Shown: in pieces, positions 10,743 through 20,794 of the stretch
How positions within the stretch are numbered: position 1 is the first letter of the stretch
How the letters are laid out: the number at the start of each line of letters is the position of its first letter
Assembly (NCBI GenBank): GCA_963664435.2
Contig: CAXXKM010000003.1
Span: 1,730,205 to 1,794,204, forward strand
Direction: 5' to 3'
From: Longimicrobiales bacterium
GTDB lineage: Bacteria; Gemmatimonadota; Gemmatimonadetes; Longimicrobiales; Gaopeijiaceae
DNA length: 64,000 nucleotides
Program-made: the position numbers and the translations under genes
Notes under the pieces: model-generated
What the model was told of the DNA's origin: nothing
Database searches by the model: none
What the model saw: the letters and a program-made list of their open reading frames with translations, nothing else

Positions 10743-10776
10743 CGACGGGCCGGAGCCCTGCGACCCCGGCCCGTCG
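10743..10776 (-). terminator. GC-rich hairpin downstream of the M16 peptidase gene
   Basis: cgacgggccgg...ccggcccgtcg inverted repeat about 25 bp after the stop. Confidence 0.45.
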
Positions 10777-10799
10777 GCTCGCCGTCCCCGCTGATGTCC

Positions 10800-13565
10800 C
10801 TACGGGATCAGCTTGTTCGCGAAGTCACCCGCGCGGAAGATGGAGATGTTCTCCAGCGACACGTAGTCGCGCAGCGCGGAGTTGACCTCCTCCAGCGTCA
10901 GCACTGCGACGTCCGCTTCCTGAGCGGCGACGAACTCCATCGTCCGATTCGTGAACAGGTTGTTGCTGAGCCCGCTGGCGAGGGCACGGTCGTTGGAGCG
11001 GCCGTTCTGCTGCGCGTCCAGGTACCCGCTCTTCGCAGCGTCCAGCTCATCCTGGGTGAACCCTTCCTCGAGCGCCTTGCTCATCTCGTCGCGGAACGCC
11101 TCGACCACCCGGTCGCCGTTTTCGGGCGCGAAGATGGCGTAGGTCAGGAACAGCCCGCCGTCGTCGACCGGAGGCACCGCCAACTGCGAGCCCACTCCGT
11201 AGGAGAGCCCCTCCTCCTGCCGGATCCGGGTCGCCAGCCGGGAGTTCAGGAACCCCCCGCCCAGCATGTAGTCGGCCATGCGCAGCGCCGGGTACCGGGG
11301 ATCGTCGTCGCGCATGCGGAAGGTGGTGACGGCCACCATCCACGCGTTCGCCTTGTCCGGGGTCTCGATGTCCACGCTGACGGTCTGCGCCTCGACATAC
11401 GGATCGGCGACGCGCTCATAGGGCTCGGGCGCCTCCCAGTCGCCGAACACTTCTTCCAGTACCGCGAGCGTCTCGTCCGGATCGAAGTCCCCGACGACGG
11501 CGATGGTGCCGCCCTCGGCTCCGTAGAACGCGGACCAGAACGCCCTCGCCTCATCGACCGTCGCCGCGTTCAGGCGCTCGATGTCCTCCTCGAAGGTGGT
11601 CGAGTAGCGCGGGTGATCCTCGGGATACTGGTTCAGGTGCCGATTGAAGGCCTGGAAGACCAGGGCCTGGGGTTCCGACTGCTGCTGCTCGATCGCCGCC
11701 AGCCTTTCTTCGCGCAGCAGGTCGAATTCATTGGGATCGAAGGCGGGCTCGCGCAGCACCTCGCCGGCCAGCCGGAGGACGGCCGACAGGTTTTCGCGGA
11801 CGGTGGTGAAGGACCCGCCGGCCGACAGCGCCGATCCGTTCACGCTTCCCTGCGCCCTCAGGCGGTCCAGCTCGTCGCTGATCTCCTGGCGCGAGCGCCG
11901 GGTCGTGCCGCGCATCAGCATCGAGCCCGCCAGCGATCCGGCCGTGGCCCGTCCCATGAGGGCGGCCTCGGTGCCGTGACGGAAGGAAAGCTGCACGTTG
12001 ACCGCGTCGCCGCGGTTCTCCTTGGGCATGAGCGCGACCTCTGCGCCGTTGGACAGCGTCGTGGTCACCGTGCGCTCGTCGATGTTGGCGGGCGTCGGGT
12101 CGAAGGCCTCGCCCTCGGCCACGGCCTCGCGGCCGGTGTAGCCCGCGACCAGCGCCTCCACGTCCGGCGGCTCCGGGATCTCGGCGCGCGCCGGCGCCTC
12201 CTCCGTCGGGTAGAAGTAGCCGATGGTGCGGTTGGAGGGCTTCAGGTAGGCCTGCGCCACCTGGTGCACTGCGGTCGGCGTTACCTGCTCGAGCCGGTCG
12301 CGGTGCAGGAAGAACAGGCGCCAGTCACCCATCGACGCCCATTCGCTCAGCTGGAGCGCGATGCCCTGCGGGTTGTTGAAGGCCAGCTCGATGCTCGACA
12401 GGTAGTCGGTCCGCGCGCGCTCCACCTCCTCTTCGGTGGGGGGCGCCTCGACCATCTCGTCGACCGTGGCGAGCAGGGCGGCCCCGGCTTCCTCCAGCGA
12501 ATCCTCCTGGCGCACCTGCGCGGCGGCCATCAGCACCCCCGGCTCGTTCAGCTGGTAGCCGAAGGCGAACGCGTTCGCCGCCAGCCCCGGCTCCACCAGG
12601 TTCTGGTAGAGGCGCCCGGCCGGCCGGGTCGCGAGGACGTGGGTGAGCACGTCCACCGCCGCGTACTGCTCGTGGGACCCGGGCGGAACGTGGTAGGCGG
12701 CCATCACCAGCTGCACGTCGCCCACCCGCCGCAGGGTCACGGTGCGCTCGCCGTCCTGGGCGGGCTCGGCCGTGTAGGTGTCGAACAGCTCGTTCGCCCC
12801 GGTCCGATCGGGACGCGGGATGGCGCCTAACTCGTCGGCCACCAGCCGGATGGCGTAGTCCGGCTCGAAGCGCCCGGCGATCACGACAAGCGCGTTGTCG
12901 GGCTGATAGTACTTGCGGTAGAAGGCCTGCAGGCGCTCTATGGGCACGTTCTCCAGGTCGGCGCGCGCGCCGATGGTGGAGTTGCCGTAGTTGTGCCAGT
13001 CGTAGGCCGCCGACATGACGCGCTTCTGCAGCACCGCCATGGGCTGGTTCTCGCCCGATTCCCATTCGTTGCGCACCACGGTCATCTCGGATTCGAGATC
13101 CTCCGCCGCGATGAACGAGTTGACCATGCGGTCGGCCTCCAGGTCGATGGCCCAGGCGAGGTTCTCCTCCGAGGCCGGGAAGGTCTCGAAGTAGTTGGTG
13201 CGGTCGAACCAGGTGGTGCCGTTCGGAAAGGCGCCGCGCTCGGTCAGCTCGTCGGGAATGTTCGGGTGGTCGGGCGTCCCCTTGAAGACCAGGTGCTCGA
13301 GCAGGTGCGCCATCCCGGTCTCGCCGTACCCTTCGTGCCGCGATCCGACCATGTAGGTCACGTTGACCGTGATCTGCTGCTTGCTCTGGTCGGGGAACAG
13401 GAGAAACCGCAGGCCGTTGTCCAGCTGGTACTCCGTGATTCCCTCGACGGACGCCACTTCCGTGACGCCCTCCGGCAGCTCCTGCGCCGCCATGGTCTGG
13501 ACCGCCGCGCCCCACAGGGCCAGGGCGGGGGCCCATCGGGGAACACGCTTCGCTCTCAGCTTCAT
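10800..13565 (-). CDS. M16 family zinc peptidase (pitrilysin/PqqL-like, two-module)
   Basis: GMAHLLEHLVFKGT (HxxEH), NGTTWFDRTNY, FYRKYYQPDNA and IRQEEGLSYG motifs; signal peptide MKLRAKRVPRWAPALAL. Confidence 0.9.
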   Translation of the reverse strand: MKLRAKRVPRWAPALALWGAAVQTMAAQELPEGVTEVASVEGITEYQLDNGLRFLLFPDQSKQQITVNVTYMVGSRHEGYGETGMAHLLEHLVFKGTPDHPNIPDELTERGAFPNGTTWFDRTNYFETFPASEENLAWAIDLEADRMVNSFIAAEDLESEMTVVRNEWESGENQPMAVLQKRVMSAAYDWHNYGNSTIGARADLENVPIERLQAFYRKYYQPDNALVVIAGRFEPDYAIRLVADELGAIPRPDRTGANELFDTYTAEPAQDGERTVTLRRVGDVQLVMAAYHVPPGSHEQYAAVDVLTHVLATRPAGRLYQNLVEPGLAANAFAFGYQLNEPGVLMAAAQVRQEDSLEEAGAALLATVDEMVEAPPTEEEVERARTDYLSSIELAFNNPQGIALQLSEWASMGDWRLFFLHRDRLEQVTPTAVHQVAQAYLKPSNRTIGYFYPTEEAPARAEIPEPPDVEALVAGYTGREAVAEGEAFDPTPANIDERTVTTTLSNGAEVALMPKENRGDAVNVQLSFRHGTEAALMGRATAGSLAGSMLMRGTTRRSRQEISDELDRLRAQGSVNGSALSAGGSFTTVRENLSAVLRLAGEVLREPAFDPNEFDLLREERLAAIEQQQSEPQALVFQAFNRHLNQYPEDHPRYSTTFEEDIERLNAATVDEARAFWSAFYGAEGGTIAVVGDFDPDETLAVLEEVFGDWEAPEPYERVADPYVEAQTVSVDIETPDKANAWMVAVTTFRMRDDDPRYPALRMADYMLGGGFLNSRLATRIRQEEGLSYGVGSQLAVPPVDDGGLFLTYAIFAPENGDRVVEAFRDEMSKALEEGFTQDELDAAKSGYLDAQQNGRSNDRALASGLSNNLFTNRTMEFVAAQEADVAVLTLEEVNSALRDYVSLENISIFRAGDFANKLIP

Positions 13566-13684
13566 CAGTCTCTTCTCCAGAATGCGCCGAGGTGACTCTC
13601 GTGACTCCGAAATACCAGGACGCCGGCGCAGGGCGCACTGGTTCGACTTCGATTCCCGGGATCGTCCGGTTTCGATTGTGGGGA

Positions 13685-15634
13685 TCAGCGCTCCAGCAAC
13701 CGTTGCGCGCGGGTGTCGCGTACCAGGCTGACGAACTCCCGCCTGTAGCCCTCTTCGTCGTCGCCCAGCGATCCCCGCGCAAGCTCCAGCACAGCGCCGA
13801 GCGAAAAGTCGCCAACATGCTCGGATCCGCGCAACAGCATGCCGAAGGCGGCCACCGACGCGGCGAAACGCACGTCGCGGGAGCCATCGCCGCCTCTGTC
13901 GAGGAAGGCCTGCTGCACGAGAACGCTCCCTGAATCCTCCGGCCGCTTGTAGCGAAGCTGGACGAACCCGAGTTCCCCGGATGCCGCCCGTCCAGTGACG
14001 TTCGCCGGGTCGCGATAGCGCAGCGGCGGCACCTCCGGCACGTCCGCGGCCTCGACGCCGACCGGCACGATCTCGTAGAGGGCGGTCACGGTATGGCCCG
14101 CGCCCAGCTCGCCGGCGTCCTTTCGATCGTCCGCGAAGTCCTCGGGCCTCAGCGCGCGGTTCTCGTAGCCGATGAGCCGGTAGGCCCGCACCACCCCGGG
14201 GTTGAACTCGACCTGCACCTTCACGTCCTTGGCGATCGTGAAGAGCGTGCCGGCGAACTCGCTCACCAGCACCTTCGCCGCCTCCCGTTCGCTGTCGATG
14301 TAGGCGTAGCTGCCGTTCCCGTGGTTGGCCAGCTGCTCCATCTTCGAGTCCTTCAGGTTGCCGGTGCCGAAGCCGAGCACGGAGAGCAGGACGCCTGACT
14401 CGCGCTCCTTTTCGATGAGGCGAACCATTTCGGAGTCGCTCGACGGCCCCACGTTGAAGTCGCCGTCGCTGGCGAGGATCACCCTGTTGTTCGCGTCTTC
14501 GCTGAAGTTCTCGCGCGCCACCTCGTAGGCCAGCCTCAGGCCGGCGCCTCCCGCCGTGGAACCGCCCGCCTCCAGCCTGTCGATCGCGAAGAGGATCTCG
14601 CCCCTGTCCTTCCCCGACGTGGGAGGGAGCGCCAGCCCGGCATGGCCGGAGTAGACCACGATCGCGACCCGGTCCTCGGGCCTCATCTGCGCGACCAGCA
14701 GGCGCAGCGACGACTTGAGCAGGGGCAGCTTGTCGGGCGGCTGCATCGATCCGGACACGTCGACCAGAAAGACCAGGTTGCTTGCGGGCAGGTCTTCGGA
14801 GGCGATGTCCCGGCCGCGGATGCCGATACGCACCAGCCTGTGCGCGGGCTGCCACGGCGCCGTGCCGACTTCGGTGTTGATGGAGAAGGGATGGGCGCCC
14901 CGGGGCGCGGGATCGTCGTAGGTGAAGTAGTTGACGAGCTCTTCGATGCGGATGGCGTCGACGGGGGGACGCATCGCCCGGGTGATGAAACGGCGCATGT
15001 TGGAGTACGACGCCCGGTCGACATCGATTGCGAAGGTGGAGAGCGGATTGTCTTCAACGCCGAGGAAGCCGGATTCCTCGATGTAGGCGTAGGATTCGGT
15101 GTTGAAGTCGGGTCGGGGACGTCTCCCGATGCCTCCGCTCGCCGACACCGGTGCCCGGGCGGCCACGGAAACCCGTCTCGCCCCGTCGATCCGGTCCACC
15201 GCCTCCACCTGCGGCCGGCCCGCGGGAGGTGGCGGAGCGGGCGTCCCGTACTGCGCCCGGAACGCCGCCTCCACCATTGTCAGGTCGGCGCCCGGGGTCA
15301 TCACCAGGTCGACCCGGGTGGTCGCGCCGGACAGACGGACGGTGCGCACGATGCCCTGATACCCCGTCAGCTCGGCGCGCACCTCTACTTCGCGTCCGTC
15401 CCAGCCGTCGCCCGGAAGGATGAAGGTGTACTCGCCCGCGTCGCCCGAGAGAACCGAGGTCGTCTGCCCGGAGATGAACACCCGGGCGCCGGTCAGAGCC
15501 TCGCCGGTGTCGGAATCGGTGACCCGGCCCGACACGGTCGCGCGTGCGAAATGAGACGGAGCAAGGTCGACATCCGCGGGAGCTGAAAACCACAAGCTTG
15601 CGGCGAGGACCCAGGCGAGGGCTGGAATGGGCAT
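13685..15634 (-). CDS. VWA-domain protein (YfbK-like) with N-terminal carboxypeptidase-regulatory-like domain
   Basis: LSTFAIDVDRASY, FLVDVSGSM (MIDAS), ILASDGDFNVG, TIAKDVKVQVEFNP and YRLIGYENR motifs. Confidence 0.9.
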   Translation of the reverse strand: MPIPALAWVLAASLWFSAPADVDLAPSHFARATVSGRVTDSDTGEALTGARVFISGQTTSVLSGDAGEYTFILPGDGWDGREVEVRAELTGYQGIVRTVRLSGATTRVDLVMTPGADLTMVEAAFRAQYGTPAPPPPAGRPQVEAVDRIDGARRVSVAARAPVSASGGIGRRPRPDFNTESYAYIEESGFLGVEDNPLSTFAIDVDRASYSNMRRFITRAMRPPVDAIRIEELVNYFTYDDPAPRGAHPFSINTEVGTAPWQPAHRLVRIGIRGRDIASEDLPASNLVFLVDVSGSMQPPDKLPLLKSSLRLLVAQMRPEDRVAIVVYSGHAGLALPPTSGKDRGEILFAIDRLEAGGSTAGGAGLRLAYEVARENFSEDANNRVILASDGDFNVGPSSDSEMVRLIEKERESGVLLSVLGFGTGNLKDSKMEQLANHGNGSYAYIDSEREAAKVLVSEFAGTLFTIAKDVKVQVEFNPGVVRAYRLIGYENRALRPEDFADDRKDAGELGAGHTVTALYEIVPVGVEAADVPEVPPLRYRDPANVTGRAASGELGFVQLRYKRPEDSGSVLVQQAFLDRGGDGSRDVRFAASVAAFGMLLRGSEHVGDFSLGAVLELARGSLGDDEEGYRREFVSLVRDTRAQRLLER

Positions 15635-15788
15635 GACACCTCCCGATCCGGAAACGGCTGGCTGCGGGTTCGTTTCCTACTCTCGACCGGGCGATTGTGG
15701 TCCGCCCGCAAGGCGTCCCGCCGTGCCGGCCGCGTTACCTTGGAGCACGCCGAACCCCTCCCTCCCCTCCAACCGCCACCTCCCACCC

Positions 15789-16415
15789 ATGCAACCCACT
15801 TCAGAGCAGCTGGCGCGTCTCGCCGAGGCCGACCCCCGCCTAGGGACCGCCATGGCGCAGGTGCCCGAGTTTCCGGATTTCTCCAGGACCGCCCGCCGCT
15901 TCTCCGCCTTCCACTACCTGTGCCGGTCGATCGTCTACCAACAGCTCGCCGGCGCCGCCGCGAAGACCATCTACGGACGCGTGCGCGCCCTCACGCCCGG
16001 ACGCAACTTCCCCACGCCCGCGGAACTGCTGGCCCTGCCGGAAGAGGAGCTGAGGGGCGCGGGGCTGTCGCGCAACAAGATGCTCGCGCTCAAGGATCTG
16101 GCGCGGCGGGTGGAGTCCCGATCGCTCCGCCTGCGCGGCATCGGGCGGCTACCGGACGAGGCGATCGTCGAGCGGCTGATCGAGGTGCGCGGCATCGGCG
16201 TCTGGACCGCGCAGATGTTCCTGCTCTTCAAGCTGGGACGGCTGGACGTGATGCCGGCGACCGACCTCGGGGTGCGGGAGGGCCTGCGCCGGCTGGACGA
16301 GCTCGAGGAACGGCCCACGCCGAAGGCCGTTCTGGAGCGCTCGGAGGTGTGGAGGCCGCTGCGGTCCGTGGCGAGCTGGGTGCTCTGGCGCCTGACCGAT
16401 ACGCCGGCCCCCTGA
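15789..16415 (+). CDS. alkA: DNA-3-methyladenine glycosylase II family (HhH-GPD)
   Basis: SIVYQQL, LRGAGLSRNK, RGIGVWTAQMFLLF, DLGVR and WRPLRS motifs. Confidence 0.85.
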   Translation: MQPTSEQLARLAEADPRLGTAMAQVPEFPDFSRTARRFSAFHYLCRSIVYQQLAGAAAKTIYGRVRALTPGRNFPTPAELLALPEEELRGAGLSRNKMLALKDLARRVESRSLRLRGIGRLPDEAIVERLIEVRGIGVWTAQMFLLFKLGRLDVMPATDLGVREGLRRLDELEERPTPKAVLERSEVWRPLRSVASWVLWRLTDTPAP

Positions 16416-16586
16416 GGGCTTGACCCGCATCCGCATCGGGAGACCGCGGAGCGTCGTCCGCGCGAGGTTCCCGGGGGCGGTGATGCCCGCGGTGACGGCC
16501 CCTGACGCGGAGACCGGTTGCCGTGCCGCCGGGTCTGGTCGGAATATGTGTCGCACATCCCCATCATCTGCCGGGAACCGAACCAC

Positions 16587-17393
16587 ATGCCCGTCTATCT
16601 TCAGTACTACTTCTGGCTGATCGCCGTCTCGCTGTTCTGTTTCCTCCTCGAGAGGCTCTGGCCCTGGCGCAGGGAACAGCGGGCGCTGCGGCGCGGCATC
16701 TGGCAGGACCTCTTCTGGCTGGTGTTCAACGGGCACTATCTCGGAGTTCTGCTGGCGATGGTGACGGGGCGGCTGGTGCAGTCGTTCAACGGAATGCTGT
16801 TCGAGATGGGGATGCCGGTGCCCGAGTCGCTGGCGCTGGTCTCGTCGCAGCCGCTCTGGCTCCAGTTCGTGGTGTTCTTCGTGGTGAAGGATTTCGTGGA
16901 GTGGAACATCCATCGGCTGCTGCACCTGACGCCATGGCTGTGGGAGTTCCACAAGCTGCATCACAGCATCGAGGAGCTGGACTGGATCGGAAACTTCCGC
17001 TTCCACTGGGGCGAGGTGGTGGTCTACAAGACGCTCTCGTACCTGCCGCTGGTGGTGCTGGGCGTGGATGGGACGGTGATCCTGCTGATGGCCATCGTGA
17101 GCACGCTCATGCAGGACCTCAACCACTCGAACCTGCGCATCGACTGGGGGCCGCTCCGGTACCTGTTCAACTCGGCGAAGATGCACGTGTGGCATCACGA
17201 CGTGGTGCAGCACGGCAGGGGAGGGCAGAACTTCGGCATCGTGCTGAGCGTGTGGGACTGGATCTTCCGCACCGCCTACTGGCCGTCGGACCAGGAGCAG
17301 CCCGACCGGCTCGGCTTCGAGGGGATGGAGGAGACGTATCCGCGCTCGCTGGCGGCGCGGCTGGTGTACCCGTTCGTGAAGTGGCGCCGCTGA
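16587..17393 (+). CDS. Sterol desaturase / fatty acid hydroxylase superfamily protein
   Basis: His boxes HRLLH, FHKLHHS, NHSN and HVWHH; NFG...WDWIF. Confidence 0.85.
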   Translation: MPVYLQYYFWLIAVSLFCFLLERLWPWRREQRALRRGIWQDLFWLVFNGHYLGVLLAMVTGRLVQSFNGMLFEMGMPVPESLALVSSQPLWLQFVVFFVVKDFVEWNIHRLLHLTPWLWEFHKLHHSIEELDWIGNFRFHWGEVVVYKTLSYLPLVVLGVDGTVILLMAIVSTLMQDLNHSNLRIDWGPLRYLFNSAKMHVWHHDVVQHGRGGQNFGIVLSVWDWIFRTAYWPSDQEQPDRLGFEGMEETYPRSLAARLVYPFVKWRR

Positions 17394-17419
17394 TGCGCGA
17401 CGGACGATAGCGCCCGCGG

Positions 17420-20400
17420 ATGGCCACGGGACGGCAGGAAGGACAGTTCTCGTTCGACCTGGAAGGGGACCGGGCGGACACCCCGACCCGCGACGAGGCT
17501 GATCTTCCCTCCGAGGGTCACCCCGTCCGCCCCGACCTCACCGGCACCTCCGCGCTGGTGCGGTCGCTCGCCCGCATCGCCGCCCGGCACCCCCTCGGCC
17601 GCAAGGTGATCGTGTGCCGGACCGGGGGCGAGGGCCGCGAACTCCTGCGTCAGCTCGCGCTCCGCGCGGGCTCGTGGGTGGGGTTCGAGGCCACCACGAC
17701 CCGCACGCTGGCGATCGCCGTGGCCGGGCCCGCCCTGGCCGCGCGCGCGATCCGGTTCACGGACGCCTTCGACGAGGAGGGGCTGCTCGACGAGGCCATC
17801 GACGAGGTGCTGCTCGGAGGCGCGGAAGACGAACACGCCCGGCTGGCCAGAGGGGTGGGGATGAGGCGGGCGCTCGCGCGCGCAGTCACCACCCTGCGGC
17901 TGGCCGGGGTGCGGGCCGGAAGGCTCCGCGACGTGGCGCTCGCCGACCCCGCCAAGGCGCGCATCCTCTCCCGCGTGCTGGGCGCCTACGAGGGCCGGTT
18001 GCGACAACGCGACCTGACGGATACGGCCGGCGTCTACCGGGCGGCGACCTGGTCGCTGCGGTCGGGCGAGGAAGCCGATCGGGCGGGTGCGCTCGCGGGT
18101 CAGCGCGTCTACCTGGCGCCCGGGATCGAGCGGCGGGGCCTTGCCGGCCACTTCCTGTCCGCGCTCCGCCGGCGGGGTGCGGAGGTGCTGGAGGCGGATC
18201 CGGTGCGGGGGCTGGCGGTGCCCGGTTCCATGGTGTGGCGCGCGGCCCGGGAGGGCGCCGGGCGCCTTTCATGGTTGCACGACGTGGAGGGGGCGCCGGC
18301 CGCGCTGGAAGGAGCCTCAATCCCCGCGAGAGGAGTCCCGTCCGCCGCAAGAGGAATCCCGGCCCCCGCGGGAGGAGTCCCGTCCGGCAACGCCCGGGAC
18401 GCGGGCGCCACACTGGACATCTTCGTGGCCAACAGCGTCGAGGCCGAGCTGCGCGAAGTGATGCGGCGGGCGCGTGAGCGCGGCCTGGGATGGGACGAGG
18501 TCGAGATCGTGGCCACGGAGCCCGCCGCGTACGGCTCCGCCCTGCACGCGCTCGCGGAGCGGATGGGCGTCCCGGTGACCTTCGCCACGGGGCTGCCGGT
18601 GGAGCGGACGCGACCCGGCCGGGTCGCGACGGCGTACTTCCGCTGGATCGAAGGCGGCTTCGACGCCGGGGTGGTGCGCACGCTGCTCTACGCGGGCGAC
18701 CTCGCCGCCCCCCGGCCCGACCAATGGATCCGCGGAGCCACCCTGGCCCGACGACTGCGCTCGCTGCGCATCGGATGGGGGCGCGACCGCTACCTCCCCG
18801 CGATCGAGCGGGCGCTGGCGGAGGTCGACGAGTACCGGGCCGGCAAGTACGAGTCGGAAGAGCAGCTCAAGCGCCGCAGGCAGCGAGCCCGCCGCGAGCT
18901 TCGGGGGCTGCGCGGCATGCTGGCTCCCGTGCTCGCCGCCACCCCCGCGGTTTCCATGGACCCCGGAGCCGGCGGCGCCCCGGTGTCGCCGTCGCAGGTG
19001 GCCCGCGGGCTGCGCCGCTTCCTGGCCCGCACCTCGCCGGGGAGCTCCGTCGACGACACCGCCCTCGAACGCACGACCCACGCCCTCGAGCGCATCGAGG
19101 CGGCCCTCGTCCGCAAGACCGACTACCGCGCCGCCGCGGCCATCGTCCGCGGCCACCTTGCCTTTCCCGTCCCCGCCCCGCGCGCGGAAGGGAGCGCGCC
19201 GTGGAGTTCGGCGGGAGGAGCGCTCTACCTGACCGACATCGGGGCCGGCGGCCGGACGGGTCGCCGGGCCACCTTCGTCGTCGGCCTGGACGCCCACCGG
19301 CTGGGCGGCTCGGCCACCCAGGACCCCTACCTCCTCGACCGCGACCGCATGCAGCTGGCCGGGTCCGACCTGCCGCTCTCCACCGACCGCATCCGCGAGC
19401 GCCGCTTCCAGCTGGCGGCCCTGCTTGCGCGGCTCAAGGGTTCGGTCTGCCTGAGCTACGCCGCCTGGGATCCCGCGGAGGCGCGCGCGGTATCGCCGTC
19501 CGCGGAGCTCCTGCAGGCCTTCCGGCTGATGCGGGACGATCCGGCGGCCACCTTCGAGGACCTGGATGCGCACATCCGCCGCCGCGCGGGCCTGGTCCCG
19601 CGCCGCGCGTTGCGTCTCGACTCCACCGACGTCTGGATGGCGTCGCTCGAGAGGGATGGCCGACTGCTGGACGGCGAGGAGCTGGTCCGGGAGGCGTTCC
19701 CCCGCCTCGGGGCGGGATGGCGCGCGCGCGATGCGCTCGCCGGTGACGCAATCACCGTCTTCCACGGCCAGATCTCCCCTCGTCCCGAGCTCGACCCGCG
19801 CCGGAATACCGAACGCGCGGTATCGGCCAGCGCCCTGGCAACGCTGGGCGCCTGCGCGAAGCGCTACCTCTATCGGTACGTGCTGCGCGTGCGGCCTCCC
19901 GACGATCCGGCTTACGACCCCGAGGGCTGGCTGGACGCCCTCGGGCGCGGGAGAATCCTGCACCATGTCTACGAACGCGCCCTGATCGAGGCGCGCGACC
20001 AGGACATCGGTTACGGCGAACCGGCGTTCGACCGCCTGGTCGCGGCGATCCTGGACGAGGAGGTGGGCCGCGCGGTGCGCGAGGTGCCCGCTCCCAGCGA
20101 TGCCGTGCGCGCGCGGGAGCTGGAGGCGCTTGCGGGCGACGCGGCATCGTTCGTCGACATGATTCGGCGGAATCCGCCGGCCTGGATCGCAACCGAGCAG
20201 GCGTTCGGGATCAGGGGCGAACCCGCGCTTCCCTTCCCCACGCCTTCCGGCGACGTGATGGTGCTCGGCGCCATCGACCGCATCGACAGGCTTCCGTCCG
20301 GATTGCGGGTGGTGGACTACAAGACCGGCGGGACCTTCAGCTTCGCCGGCAGGAAGGGTATCTGGGACGGCGGGAGGCGGCTGCAGCATGTCATCTACTC

Positions 20401-20794
20401 GGTGGTCGCAAGCCAACTGCACGCCGCACGGACCGTGGCCATGGAATACCATTTCCCCACGCGCAAGGGGGAGAACCAGACCCGGGGGTTCCCCGCCGGC
20501 GACCTGATCGCGGGGCCTGAACTCGTCGCCCGCCTCCTCGACCGGGTCGCCGGCGGCCATTTTCTCCCCACCAACGACGCCGCCGACTGCCGCTTCTGCG
20601 ACTACCAGGCGATATGCCGGGTGCGCGAGACCGACTTCGGCGTCAACTCCCCGCTGGCGGAGTGGGTGAAGGAGCGCATCGCCGAGGCGCCCGAGCTCGA
20701 GGGACTGCGCGCCATCCGTAACTGGGACCAGGAGGGAGCCGGTTTCCTGCACGCGCTCGAAGCCCACTCCGGCCCCGGGGATGCGCACTCGTGA
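17420..20794 (+). CDS. addB: AddB-like helicase/nuclease subunit B (PD-(D/E)XK nuclease)
   Basis: C-terminal GAIDRID, VVDYKTG and LQH..Y motifs; Fe-S Cys CRFCDYQAIC; overlaps addA (GTGA). Confidence 0.8.
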   Translation: MATGRQEGQFSFDLEGDRADTPTRDEADLPSEGHPVRPDLTGTSALVRSLARIAARHPLGRKVIVCRTGGEGRELLRQLALRAGSWVGFEATTTRTLAIAVAGPALAARAIRFTDAFDEEGLLDEAIDEVLLGGAEDEHARLARGVGMRRALARAVTTLRLAGVRAGRLRDVALADPAKARILSRVLGAYEGRLRQRDLTDTAGVYRAATWSLRSGEEADRAGALAGQRVYLAPGIERRGLAGHFLSALRRRGAEVLEADPVRGLAVPGSMVWRAAREGAGRLSWLHDVEGAPAALEGASIPARGVPSAARGIPAPAGGVPSGNARDAGATLDIFVANSVEAELREVMRRARERGLGWDEVEIVATEPAAYGSALHALAERMGVPVTFATGLPVERTRPGRVATAYFRWIEGGFDAGVVRTLLYAGDLAAPRPDQWIRGATLARRLRSLRIGWGRDRYLPAIERALAEVDEYRAGKYESEEQLKRRRQRARRELRGLRGMLAPVLAATPAVSMDPGAGGAPVSPSQVARGLRRFLARTSPGSSVDDTALERTTHALERIEAALVRKTDYRAAAAIVRGHLAFPVPAPRAEGSAPWSSAGGALYLTDIGAGGRTGRRATFVVGLDAHRLGGSATQDPYLLDRDRMQLAGSDLPLSTDRIRERRFQLAALLARLKGSVCLSYAAWDPAEARAVSPSAELLQAFRLMRDDPAATFEDLDAHIRRRAGLVPRRALRLDSTDVWMASLERDGRLLDGEELVREAFPRLGAGWRARDALAGDAITVFHGQISPRPELDPRRNTERAVSASALATLGACAKRYLYRYVLRVRPPDDPAYDPEGWLDALGRGRILHHVYERALIEARDQDIGYGEPAFDRLVAAILDEEVGRAVREVPAPSDAVRARELEALAGDAASFVDMIRRNPPAWIATEQAFGIRGEPALPFPTPSGDVMVLGAIDRIDRLPSGLRVVDYKTGGTFSFAGRKGIWDGGRRLQHVIYSVVASQLHAARTVAMEYHFPTRKGENQTRGFPAGDLIAGPELVARLLDRVAGGHFLPTNDAADCRFCDYQAICRVRETDFGVNSPLAEWVKERIAEAPELEGLRAIRNWDQEGAGFLHALEAHSGPGDAHS
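18322..18384 (+). repeat. Three imperfect 21-bp in-frame tandem repeats in addB
   Basis: ccccgcgagaggagtcccgtc / cgccgcaagaggaatcccggc / ccccgcgggaggagtcccgtc (PARGVPS-AARGIPA-PAGGVPS). Confidence 0.7.

Noticed and set aside
13566..14855. N-terminal extensions of the 1351-aa (M16) and 1571-aa (tricorn, 36519-37895) ORFs
   Set aside because: They overlap real neighbouring genes; signal peptides define the later starts.
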